This document shows, piece after piece, positions 1-12,359 of a DNA stretch of 64,000 nucleotides. The stretch covers positions 43,338,001-43,402,000 of the forward strand of contig OZ076421.1 of assembly GCA_964187785.1 (NCBI GenBank), written 5' to 3'. The notes below the pieces were generated by a model. That model ran no database searches. It was not told the DNA's origin and saw nothing but the letters and a program-made list of their open reading frames with translations. Both the position numbers and the translations under genes were made by a program. Within the stretch, counting starts at the first letter, position 1. Every line of letters starts with the position of its first letter. The DNA comes from Amphiscolops sp. MND2022 (taxonomy: Eukaryota).

Positions 1-60
1 ATTCACTACAGCAATCATCGAAAACTTTCAATTCGTCACCGTCTAGCCAAAAACAATGCT

Positions 61-1330
61 ATGGCCATAGAACAAAATAACGATCCTATCCTACAGCAAC
101 TCAAACTCAAAATACTGAAGCAAGAACACTCAGAAACCATCCTGATACAAGACATCAGATACCAACACTACCTACGTCAATTGAACCGAATTTCCATTCA
201 AGATGAAATCATCACCAGGCAGTACTATGATGAACCAGGAAACATCAAATAGCAACCAAGTACTTCTACCTAAACACCCGGTGACTGAATTACTTGATTC
301 GCTTCACAGGAAAGCTGGTGGACACCCAGGCATAACCAAAATGATACAGGAAATCAGATGCAAATATTATTACCATGGAACAGCAAAACTTCCGAAAATA
401 GGTAAATGGATGCGAAACATGCATCAAAGACAAGAGAATTAGCAATGAGTTAATAACTCCTGAGCTACTCAATTTACCGGATTGGCCCTAAGGTCCAGAA
501 GACGCAAGGCAAATAGACCTTCTACCAAACCTTCCGTAGAGCGGAGGATATGAAAATATTATCACAGCTATGTACGTTTTTTCGCGTTATCTTTTTGCTT
601 ACCCAGTTACAGACGCATCAGCGACAAATACGGCTAAGGTCATTATCGACATCATGATCAAACATACCTATTTGCCAACGACTTTGATTGCCGATAAAGG
701 AACAGCCTTTACTTCAAAATTGGTGGCTGAAATTGCGCAAATATTGGGAATCCAAATCAGTTGTGTGACGACAAAACACCCGGAGACCTTAGGGAAGCTC
801 GAAAGGACTCATGCAAGTCTCAAAACAAATCTCAAGTTGGCTTCAGGGGAGTATAGACGTCAGTGGCACAAATATTTACCTCTGGCAGTCCTAAATTACA
901 ACACGTCCTACCATTTGACGTTGGGCTGTGAGCCTTTAAAGATATTCCATGGTCGAATACCCTACAATATTTTAGACCTAAAATTGGGACTCAATCCCAA
1001 TCCTACAGTTTCACCAACTACTAATTTTGCTGAAGAATTCCAACGCGGAACGCAAATTCTGATTGATACAACGAGGAAAAACATCTTTTTTGAAGTGCAA
1101 GGTATATTATGACCGAAAAGCCACTGCGGCTCCTTTGAAACAAAATGATTATTGTTTTAATTTACAACCCATAGTAGATCACCAAGGATCGAAAATCCCA
1201 TTTCGAGAATTCAGATGGATTGGTCCCTATATAATTGGAAAAGTTTTATCAAATGACAACTATATCGTCTGAAAACCTAATTCAAACAAAACGCAGAAGT
1301 TACACCGTATACGACTACGAAAATATGAAC
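61..1330 (+). pseudogene. Ty3/Gypsy integrase (copy A), frameshifted and with stops
   Basis: H2C2 zinc-binding start (LH..AGGHPGITK). Core has FSRYLFAYP, ADKG.AFTS, ERTHASLKT and YNTSYH.TLGCEP. C-terminal FRWIGPY. Broken into ORFs 61-252, 203-442, 570-1112, 1063-1272. Confidence 0.92.
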
Positions 1331-1963
1331 CGAACGCCCCACTAAGGGACGTACGACCTGAAGGCAACCTACAGCCATACGACGAAAATATTATTCTTCA
1401 AGATGACATATACATTATTACGTGGAAACGAATTTTGGCGACTTCGAATCTGGTTGCCGTCAGGAGACCTTTTTATGACCCAGCGAGCACGCCGAAATGA
1501 ATTATGACGCTGCTGACTCTACTGAGCTGCCAGATCAAATTTTTACCGACGTGTACTTTCGGTCTATCAGACGAGACGTGACTGAAGATATTCTTCCTGA
1601 TCGACTGAAGAATGAAAGTGACAACGAAACAAATGCTGATGATGCAAAATCATTAGGGGAGAGCGATACTACTGTGCCCGAAGTATAAGAAAATGGAAAT
1701 GACAACATGATTGTAGAAAATGAAAGTCCTTGAGCAGGGAAATATAACCTGCGACCTAACCCAACCCCCAACTTTACTGATGAATGCAGATACTAGCCAG
1801 ATCTATTTATTACCGGTCCAAGCATACTATTTGACCATAGGAGTAATCTGACTTTAACTAGAAATAACGAACTACTGCAACAAAGGACTATATATAAATA
1901 TTCTAAACAGAATAAATACAACACTACAGCAAAAGTTTATTAATGTACGTACACTAGGTACAA

Positions 1964-2443
1964 CTAGCCTTTACTGCTGCATTGACGCAGACGTTTCGCA
2001 GATTGGCTAACTTCGGAATCAGACAGGTGATGAGTGGGCCGAACATTCTTCCTCGAGTAACTAAGAGTACTCGGAGGCTGTTGGACCTTAGTGCACTCAG
2101 TTGCCTTCACTTTGCTGCCATTACACTGGTATTTGTCCGAAGGATCCAGTTTAGATAAAAAATCAGAACGTCCAAACTTATCCAGCCCCAACCACGGATC
2201 GTAGGTATCGATCAGTGCCGTGCGACCAAAGGTAGACTCTAAATCAAGGAAATCTGCGATCGAAGCATCAGTTGTAAATGTACTGATTGAATCCTCAACA
2301 CTGCTGAAGTATGACTGGACTGGAATGACAACGTCGACCAATTTACTTGTGAGGTCTCCTGTGTTGACAGATCCGAATTTGACAACGGGATGCGGCCTAA
2401 ACGATTCGTCCAGGCAAAGACAAGCAAGCTTGAAGCATCGCAA
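1964..2443 (-). pseudogene. C-terminal fragment of the antisense accessory gene (copy A)
   Basis: The 159-aa ORF is almost identical to the last 159 aa of ORF 8318-9394 (RCFKLACLCLDE...QCSSKG). Confidence 0.85.
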
Positions 2444-2454
2444 CAGAAGCGGTC

Positions 2455-2642
2455 AGGACTCAATAGTGGGTTAGGGACAAATGTGGACTCAAGGTCCAGT
2501 AGACTAAGCAGGAACACCGAAGGTCGAAAGCACCAAAGTGCTTGGGGAAACACCCACAAAATAATTCCAACAAATTTCAACGACCATCCTCATTCTAGAG
2601 AGAGTTCCTTAAACTCCCTGGATAGTCTTTGTGATCATACCA
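2455..2642 (+). repeat. 3'-terminal 188 bp of an element-1 LTR (truncated 5' LTR)
   Basis: Matches 15956-16143 at constant offset 13501 and is followed by a PBS. Confidence 0.88.
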
Positions 2643-2659
2643 AGGTGACAGGAGTGGGG
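2643..2659 (+). promoter_or_regulatory. Primer binding site, tRNA-Leu type (first base mutated)
   Basis: AGGTGACAGGAGTGGGG directly after the LTR end; element 2 has TGGTGACAGGAG at the same place. It resembles the complement of the 3' end of eukaryotic tRNA-Leu (TGGTGTCAGGAGTGGGA). Confidence 0.7.
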
Positions 2660-2672
2660 CTCAATCCTTCGT

Positions 2673-3759
2673 ATGGTTCCTGACTTTGTCACTGGACGAC
2701 CCACACAATCCCAAGATGACGACCAACAGTGCCAGAACGATGCAAATCATGTGTCTCAGGACAACTCACACATTGTCCTGGAGACTACTGGTCCAAATGC
2801 CACCCTTGACCCGCTCACACGACTTGCAGACGTCTTGGTTGGCATGAACACTAAACAAACTCCACAAACACTCATGGCACGACCCGTCAGTACTACCACA
2901 CTGACATTTGATAGAAAATTTGAAAAATTTGAACTATTTGAAGATCTTTTCCATACCATTATTAAAATGCAACCAGGAACAACTGAAACCATGAAGATCA
3001 GTCACTTCCACTCACTACTACGCAAAAATGCACTACAGAGTTTCTGAAATATCAACACTGCCAATCGGCAGACGTTGGAAGACGTACTCGCTGTCTTCAG
3101 ACGAAAGTATGTCGAACCAGAATCCCAACCAACTGCCAAGCACAAATGGCATAAACCAGTATTTGACCCAATCACCATGAAGCTCCCGGATTTCCTCGAG
3201 GATCTTAACCAGGGAGCAGAAAAAGCGTTTGGCGACAATCCCAAAGCGATGATAGATAGCCTCTTATACGCTAAATTACCCCTAAAACTCAAGAGGTCAG
3301 TCAACATGGCGCGCTTGGAAAATGCCTCATGTGAAGAGGTTGTCACCCATCTAGAACGAGTATTAGAACTTAATGGACATGAGGGAGGTGACGACATTCC
3401 TGTCCCTACATTGTGTACTGCCCCTACAGCAACACGACCGGGAACTGACTGGCCTTCTTTCTTCCGGCATCGACCAAAATGTCACATGCAACCATTGCAA
3501 AAAACCTGGGCACGTCAAAGATGACTGCCGAAAGCTTAAAAGAAAGGAGGAACAAAAACGCAACGGTGGCCAGGATACCAAGAAAGAATATCCAAAATGT
3601 CCTACTTGCGACAAAACGAACCTACCGGCAGAAAGGCGTTGGAAAGGCGCTGGAGCCCACCTGAAGCCCAACAACCTCAAACTAGAGGACACACAACAAA
3701 ACGATGCGTCTTCCAGCCAAAACGAGACTACTAATAAACAAACAACTTCAATTTTTTAA
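2673..3759 (+). pseudogene. gag: Gag of element 1 (capsid-like region plus CCHC zinc knuckle)
   Basis: TFDRKFEKFELFEDLF...FHSLLRKNALQ is homologous to element-2 Gag. Knuckle CNHCKKPGHVKDDC and a second degenerate CPTC knuckle. Stops and frameshifts present. Confidence 0.88.
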
Positions 3760-6700
3760 AAAAACCAAAAAAATAAATTTGCCACGATTCCAATTTAATG
3801 ACAAAATACGCGTCAGACAGTATGTAATCTCTGACCCTTCTAATGTATTTTATACCGAACGTTACTCTTCAACTCGGGACACCTCATCGACTGACTGGCA
3901 GCAACAAATGAGAAACATCACTACTCAACTTCACACTTCAGACCACAGGTCCACCCGACCTGATTCGACTACAATCTATATTCGTCCCCTTCCTTGAACC
4001 TGATTACAATCCATATTACATAGATCTTCACTACGGTGTTGATCCCTATTGGGACATTCAAATCTACAATCAACACGAATTACAATTCCATGAAAAATTC
4101 ACTAAGCCAGAAGCTGAAATTGATCTTGACTGTCCCGTGTATGACAGAACTTTAAACGATGTTTTGACCAAAGCTCTGTTTGACCCATGGCAAGAAAAAT
4201 CCAATACTTGTGCTTCACGAGCACAAAATGAATTAGAACATGAATCCTGCAAATCCGGACTACAAGTTTCTTTGACTACAGCCTTCGAAGCACGATTTGT
4301 AAGCACGCTGGTCACCAGAAATTACGCTGGCGTGCCAGATTACGTACCGCTGACAACCAACCTTGGACTCAAATTCAAACGGCGAATGCTCTATTTTCCT
4401 ATGGATTTTAGCGAACTTACATTCGATGGCCTTGTAGACACGGGAGCTCTATCTAGCGCAGTCCCAGAAGCTGATCTACGTAAAATCTTATTGTTAGACC
4501 TTCAGTCAATTGTCAAAGAGGGCACAGCACCCATTATTCAAATCATGGAAGCAAATGGGCAGTTGTGAACACCAAAGAGCACTGGCGAACTAAAAGTTGA
4601 GCTCGGCGATATAGAACTCCACGAAATTTTTGTAATGGAGAACTTAACGATTCCCTTGATTGGCCTTTCGTTCCTACAACGAAACAATACCATACTTGAC
4701 ATGCGACAGGGAGTCTTAAACTTCCCGTTTTCCTCCATGCAATTGAAAACAGCGGATTACAAGTACACCAGCGTCATGGAGTCTATCTGTACACAGGAAG
4801 ATATCACAATTACCCCTAATGATAGACAACTAGTCACGTTGAATTCACAAATGTACGAAAATACCACTGTTACTGGCATCCTCCAACCGAGTATTGCACT
4901 CACTGAAGACGGAGAAATTGCCTCTTGTGCGACATTGGTCACATTGACCTCCGGTCAAGTACATATTCACTTAAATAACTTCACGGACCATCTTTACACC
5001 CTCAAGAGAGGTTCGCATGTCGCCAATTTCTCTGTCATGACCCCAGGACAGATAAAATATGTTAAACCTATAGATCCGGTGACCACTTGGCATCTATTGC
5101 AAGACAACATTGAAAACGATGCCTTTTATGTGAGCAGCTTGATCAAATCTTCCAAACCCTAGGATTTTAAAGAAAACTATTGCTTCCCTACTCCGGAAGG
5201 CCCTGGGGATCCGCAACAACATACGCCTATTCAAAAACGCATTCTACAAGAATTATTGAATCTCCAAGAGCTGGAAAAACTTAATCCTCAGGATGACCCT
5301 GAGTCTAGGCGACAATTCCTGACCAACTTTGATTGGACGGATTCTATGCTGCAACCACAGGAAATCGCCAGCATTGATAATCTATTAGTTCAATTCCACG
5401 ATATTTTTGCAAGACACCCTTTTGACATGGGCATGAACGAGGAGTTTAAAGTTAAACTGACACCAACAGATGATTCCTCGGCTTTGCCCGGACAATCACC
5501 CCGGTTGGAGTACGCCCGCAACGACCACGAGTCCAAAACGTCTCGAAAAAACACAATTCCCAAAATCTAAGAAGGCACTACAACGATACCTATGATTCCT
5601 CAACTACTATCGCAATTACATCCCCAGGCTTTCAGAGATGTTGACTCCGTTCTTTAAATTGTTAAGGAATGATGAAATAGTCTTGGTAACACCGGAACTG
5701 TTGGAAAAATTCACCGCGATAAATATGGCTCTTGACCGTTGTTGCGAATTGGCGCTTAAACAACCGCTACCGAACAAGCAAATAGCCCTCATGACTGATG
5801 ACAGCTTCATGGCTGCTGGATATGCAGTCCTGATTGAGGACGATCCAAGGAAAATACACCTCAACGAGGAAAACTTTTGCTCCGGTGGCTTACGGCTCCA
5901 AGACATTCAGTCCCGCACAGTTGAAAATGTCCATCTACGCTAAGTAATTTGGACATAAATTCTGGGGGACCCCAAATCCGGTCATAATACTAACAGACAA
6001 TAAATCAGTCACGCGCTCCTTTCAAACAAAAATCTTTCCAGATACCCTTTGGAATGCATGTGATTATGTCATCCAATTCAATTTCACCATTGCGCATATT
6101 CCAGGCAAAACAACACAGCTGCGGACTATTTGTCCCGCCTAGAAATCTCTCCTAAGGAAAAACTGATCCTCAGAATCCGCGAAGACATACAAACAAAGCT
6201 ATTGAATTATACGTCCGATCGGCCGGTGTCTCCGAAGAAGAGCAAATATATTATACGGAAGATGATGAGGAAACAAGAACAATTTTGGCAACGTAAAAAA
6301 CAAGCGCGAGAAAACCCTACAAACCATTTTAAGATATATAGCTGAAAACACTCAGCATTCACTACAGCAATCATCGAAAACTTTCAATTCGTCACCATCT
6401 AGCCAAAAACATTGCTATGGCTATAGAACAAAATAACGATCCTTTCCTACAGCAACTCAAACTCAAAATACTGAAGCAAGAACACTCAGAAACGATCCTG
6501 ATACAAGACATCAGATACCAACACTACCTACGTCAATTTAACCGAATGTCCATTCAAGATGAAATCATCACCAGGCAGTACTATGATGAAACAGGAAACA
6601 TCAAATACAACCAAGTACTTCTACCTAAACACCCGGTGACTGAATTACTTGATTCGCTTCACAGGAAAGCTGGTGGACACCCAGGCATAACCAAAATATT

Positions 6701-7690
6701 ACAGGAAATCAGATGCAAATATTATTACTATGGAACAGCAAAACTTCCGAAAATAGGTAAATGAATGCGAAACATGCATCAAAGACAAGACAATTAGCAA
6801 TGAGTTAATAACTCCTGAGCTACTCAATTTACCGGATTGGCCCTCAGGTCCAGAAGACTCAAGGCAAATAGACCTTCTACCAAACCTTCCGCCGAGCGGA
6901 GGATATGAAAATATTATCACAGCTATGGACGTTTTTTCGCGTTATCTTTTTGCTTACCCAGTTACAGACGCATCAGCGACAAATACGGCTAAGGTCATTA
7001 TCGACATCATGATCAAACATACCTATTTGCCAACGACTTTGATTGCCGATAAAGGATCAGCCTTTACTTCAAAATTGGTGGCTGAAATTGCGCAAATTTT
7101 GGGAATCCAAATCAGTTGTGTGACGACAAAACACCCGGAGACCATAGGGAAGCTCGAAAGGACTCATGCAAGTCTCAAAACAAATCTCAAGATGGTTCAG
7201 GGGAGTATAGACATCAGTGGCACAAATATTTACCTCTGGCAGTCCTAAATTACAACACGTCCTACCATTTGACGTTGGGCTGTGAGCCTTTAAAGATATT
7301 CCATGGTCGAATACCCTACAATATTTTAGACCTAAAATTGGGACTCAATCCCAATCCTACAGTTTCACCAACTACTAATTTTGCTGAAGAATTCCAACGC
7401 GGAACGCAAATTCTGAATGATACAACGAGGAAAAACATCTTTTTTGAAGTGCAAGGTATATTATGACCGAAAAGCCAATGCGGCTCCTTTGAAACAAAAT
7501 GATTATTGTTTTAATTTACAACCCATAGTAGATCACCAAAGATCGAAAATCCCATTTCGAGAATTCAGATGGATTGGTCTCTATATAATTGGAAAAGTTT
7601 TATCAAATGACAACTATATCGTCTGAAAACCTAATTCAAACAAAACGCAGAAGTTACACCGTATACGACTACGAAAAGATGAACCGAACG
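3760..7690 (+). pseudogene. pol: Pol of element 1 (aspartic protease, RT with core deleted, RNase H, integrase)
   Basis: LVDTGALSSA protease motif. RT N-terminus FARHPFDMG..FKVKLTP jumps at about 5475 to FLG..RTITP, so YxDD is absent. RNase H LMTD.SF.AAGYAVLIE. Integrase at 6417-7690. Confidence 0.9.
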
Positions 7691-8317
7691 CCCCACTAAG
7701 GGACGTACGACCTGAAGGCAACCTACAGCCATACGACGAAAATATTATTCTTCAAGATGCTTATACATTATTACGTGGAAACGAATTTTGGCGACTTCGA
7801 ATCTGGTTGCCGTCAGGAGACCTATTATTGACCCAGCGAGCACGCCGAAATGAAGTATGACGCTGCTGACTCTACTGAGCTGCCAGATCAAAGTTTTACC
7901 GACGTGGACCTTCGGTCTACCAGACGAGACGTGACTGAAGATTTTCGTCCTGATCGACTGACGAATGAAAGTGACAACGAAACAAATGCTGATGATGCAA
8001 AATCTTTAAGGGAGAGCGATACTACTGTGCCCGAAGTATAAGAAAATGGAAATGACAACATGATTGTAGAAAATGAAAGTCCTTGAGCAAGGAAATATAA
8101 CCTGCGACCTAACCCAACCCCCAACTTTACTGATGAATGCAGATACTAGCCAGATCTATTTATTACCGGTCCAAGCATACTGTTTTGACCATAGGAGTCA
8201 TCTGACTTTAACCAGAAATAACGAACTACTGCAACAAAGGACTATATATAAACATTCTAAACAGAATAAAGACAACACTACAGCAAAAGTTTATTAATGT
8301 ACGTACACTAGGTACAA

Positions 8318-11300
8318 CTAGCCTTTACTGCTGCATTGACGCAGATTTTTCGCAGATTGGCTAACTTCGGAATCAGACAGGTGATGAGTGGGCCGAACAT
8401 TCTTCCTCGAGTAACTAAGAGTACTCGGAGGCTGTTGGACCTTAGTGCACTCAGTTGCTTTCACTTTGCTGCCACTACACTGGTATTTGTCCGAAGGATC
8501 CAGTTTAGATAAAAAATCAGAACGTCCAAACTTATCCAGCCCCAACCACGGATCGTAGGTATCGATCAGTGCCGTGCGACCAAAGGTAGACTCTAAATCA
8601 AGGAACTCTGCGATCGAAGCATCAGTAGTAATTGTACTGATTGAATCCTCAACACTGCTGAAGTATGACTGGACTGGAATGACAACGTCGACCAATTTAC
8701 TTGTGAGGTCTCCTGTGTTGACAGATCCGAATTTGACAACAGGATGCGGCCTAAACGGTTCGTCCAGGCAAAGACAAGCAAGCTTGAAGCATCGCAACAG
8801 AAGCGGTCGGGTCGGTAGAGAAGTCTGAACCATGAGGAATTCCACTGTGTCCGGAATAAGCAGAGTGGGTTGATCGAATTCTGCAAACTTTACACTTAAT
8901 TCGTCTACGAAACACAAGTACTCCTCCTGTGCTAAATCTCTTGATCTTGCAAAAAGTAACCTCGGAGACGGAAGGTCATAAACAATTTGCCAAAGCATTT
9001 GGTAGCCAATGAAAGGAGATTTCAAGAGTATTTTCAGGTCGAAACTCCCTGACCCTTGAGCAATTATGGTCGTAAAGTTGAAGTGACTACGTGTCTCTTT
9101 GAACAGTTGAGTGACGTAACTTCTGGCAAGACGACAGTAATCTTCTCGGGCTTTCTCAGTGACTATTTCCAGAGGTAATTTCTCGCCTTTTCGTTCATGC
9201 AACTCCAATTCTGTTTGAATTTTGCATGCCTGGTCCAATTTTGACCAAATTTTCATACAGTTAAGGAAGACAGTCACACTTAGCGCTGAGGCCGTCGCAA
9301 CATCAAGGTCCAGAGTACTTGCAATATCATCTTCAGTCGGAAGGGATGAGGGCAAGACCATTCGTTTTGCTAGATTGCGTAAGAACAAGCACAACTGCCT
9401 GAAGGCATGGAAGGCCCGGTCCCGTTGTCCACTGAGACTGAAAGAGAAGTGAGTAGTATCTAAATAGGATAAAGGTCACACAATGAAGTCTACACCGACA
9501 AGGACCTTTAGCCGAACTGCGTTGCTATATCCCTTGGAAACATACTGAAGAATTTAATTAGAATGCACGAATAACCCCAACCGACAATTACATGGGATAC
9601 GAATGGTGATAGCAGGGAAACAAGCCAACATCGTCAATAATACTCAAAGTCTCGGATGAGTTTGTAATAGAGCTCCGGTTTCAAGTGAAGAAATGGTCGT
9701 AGACTATTGACCACTCAAGGGATTAGGGTTGATTTCTAACTCCCTGCATTTGCTGTTGCTCTGTGTGGGACAGTAAAGAATCAGTAACGGACTTCCAGTG
9801 AGTTATGAGTTCTTGACACAAACTTGGGATGGGCGGTCCATCTAATTTGCCAGCTTTTATCACCTGTAGGAAGAAACTACATTCAGTGATAGCCAAAATT
9901 AAAAATACCTAAGAAATACGAACTCTAGGTCTCACCTTGACTAATGTTGAAGCAAGGAGCGTCCACTCTTGTTGAAGACTGCCGCTCAAGCTGGTCACCA
10001 GGTACTGTAACACAGAAAAGAAATCTATTCTACCAAATACACTGTAGCTATCTTTATGCGATAATTTTCGGATGGCAACCTCGTTGAACAATGTGGGTCT
10101 TTGGACCCCGTGTCTGGTGAGGGGAGATTTGTCCAGCATTTGCACCAAGTTGTAGGTCCCACCTGAACAGCAGACTGAATCGGCTTCGGTAGAGATCGCA
10201 GCTAACAGGGTGCTCACAAGTCGCAGTTCGGCTGAAGTTCGTTCGCTGGTACCCCCGGTCCGCAAGAGGTACACCCTGCACAATCTGTCCGCTTTCCAGA
10301 AGCGTAGGTGCAAGAGAAGAAACACGTTTCAAATTCGAACAAGAACTGTCCGGACGTAAGGACATCGTTGCCCAGATCAGGGATGATTTGCAGAAACAGA
10401 TGATGGAATAGTACCTGAAAGTCACTATTGGGTTAACCAAATTATATTCTCAACTAAAGATGGTACACTTAGTCTTGGGTAGCTAATTGTACTGGTAGTT
10501 CATTCTGAAGCCTAATGAATGGGACGGACAATCACATATGTGGGGACATGGACCTCAGGTAGAAGTGCGTAAGTGTGACTACTTACCGATAACTTGGTGG
10601 TACTCCAGTCAATATCGCAGAATAATGCTTGGTGGTTGACAATTGTGCCGATGTATTGCCAGAGCTTCCGCAAGACAGCATTATCTCCAGATAATGGGAG
10701 GTAATGGCCAAGGATGGAGATCTGGAGACGATTGCGATTTTGTCGTGACGCTGCTATATGATCGGCGCCAGCCATTGCTTCCTCGTAAAATAGAAATTTT
10801 TCCCCTATGTCAACTAGTTCAGAGTTGATGAAATGAGGCAATTCTAACTGCAACTGGTAATTTGTCAGAACTTTACCGTCTCTGCCTCTAACTTGGTATC
10901 GCGGGTCCTCAATTGTAAGGTACTCGTACCTTCAATGCTGGTCTTTGCGCAAAAGTCTCTAAGTGGAGTAATGGCGCAAAATCTCCTTCGGTCCTTTAGC
11001 CTTGATTGAAACATTACATTTGCAAATTTGACAGTATTTTTTTATTTGGATTCCACTTTGGGTCCATGGGGCCAGAAACAAACGTACGAGTCCATGTCAT
11101 AGACCCAAAGTATTCTTTTTTCCTTATTCAGCCAATTCGTCTTCGTGGGGTTGGTCGACCTCGGGATTTGTTAGTGGCATGTGTCCGTTTACTGGCTTTA
11201 CTTTTTTCCTTCATCGCTTCTCGTTTCAAAGTTGCTAATGTTTGAGGACTGGAACATGTAGGGGACGTAGGCCTTGTAGGTAAGTCTGTAATTCCTTCGG

Positions 11301-12359
11301 AAGAGAATCCTGGTGGGGACGGCAAGGTAATGCTGGACTGAAAGTCCTGTCGCGACTCGGCGTCAGTTGATGCCCCGTGACTACTATCACTATCTCCTGC
11401 CCCGTAGGTCATCACGGAATCGCTAAGGAAATCAGTGTCAATCCCTGGGTCCGCAGTAGATTGAGTCTAATTCCGAGGTTGTACTCGGTTGGGCTGCGTA
11501 ATTTCAGCTGACTCGCCCTTTGCACGACACTGTTTAGCATCTCGAAAGACGCACGGGCACCATCATCCGCTACGATACGTAAGATACTACTGATCTGATC
11601 CTGATTGAAGGCGACAGTTGGGTGACCAAGATACAGGCAAATGGGATTGGTTTCTATGAAACACTGCTTGATAATAGCCCTACTAGAGCCAGAAAGCGAA
11701 ACAGAACCTCTGGCTGCTGGGACGGCTGGTACACTGGATTCATTACTTGAATCATGCGGGCAAGCAATACTGGTATGTTTAGTCGGACAATAAAGAGCTT
11801 GAGCAAGGGTAGACCGTTCAATGGACCTAGTGTCAGTTCCCATACCGAAACGGGAGTCATCGTCAGTTTGAGACCCGTAGTCCATTAGACTCCTATGATC
11901 CCTTTGCTCCTCAGACTCGTTTGCATCAGACCTCGTTTGCCCAGTCTGATCAATCGGTACTTCAGAGGCAAGAATTACTACAGGTTGCTCAGCTGATGTG
12001 GTAATCCCCACTGTATTTGCACTAATGTTTGTCACCTGCGGTTGCTCAGTCTGTTCTTCGGGTCTGTCTAAGAAAATAACTCTGGGAACATCTTCGGGGA
12101 CTTGAGTTTCTGGCATTAGTTCATTCATACCAGGAGTAACAGTGAGAGGGTCACTCAGGCTTGTTTTGTTCTGGTTGGAGATTAAATCGTTGGGACTGGG
12201 TTGGGCAAGTTCAAGAGACTCAACTTTCCGACTTATGTAGGCCTCACAACTTTCGGAGTCAATAGTTGACAACAGTTCAAGTATGGACGTCTTGTCCATT
12301 GATAATTCAGTTGTTTCTGGCTCGGGGATTCCTTCTGCTGATTGTTGGGTAATCTCCAT
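8318..12359 (-). pseudogene. Antisense multi-exon accessory gene: disordered N-terminus, CxxC-H-H zinc finger, hAT-transposase-like body
   Basis: ORFs 11412-12359, 11128-11415, 10512-10853, 9909-10325, 8318-9394. My translation near 11040-10960 gives YCQICKCNVSIKAKGPKEILRHYST. GT-AG introns at 9864-9935 and 9438-9545, and a donor at 10586. Colinear homology to the element-2 gene. Confidence 0.8.

Larger units (their letters stand above)
1..2454 (+). mobile_element. Duplicate copy (copy A) of the internal region of Gypsy element 1: integrase plus 3' part of the antisense gene
   Basis: 1-2454 matches 6357-8808 nearly base for base (offset about 6355, a few percent substitutions by eye). It breaks off at ...AAGCGGTC and joins LTR-derived sequence. 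Confidence 0.9.

Noticed and set aside
8318-9394. env-like or tyrosine-recombinase identity for the accessory ORFs
   Set aside because: Antisense orientation, no signal peptide/TM/furin pattern and no R-H-R-Y tetrad seen; the element has a DDE integrase.
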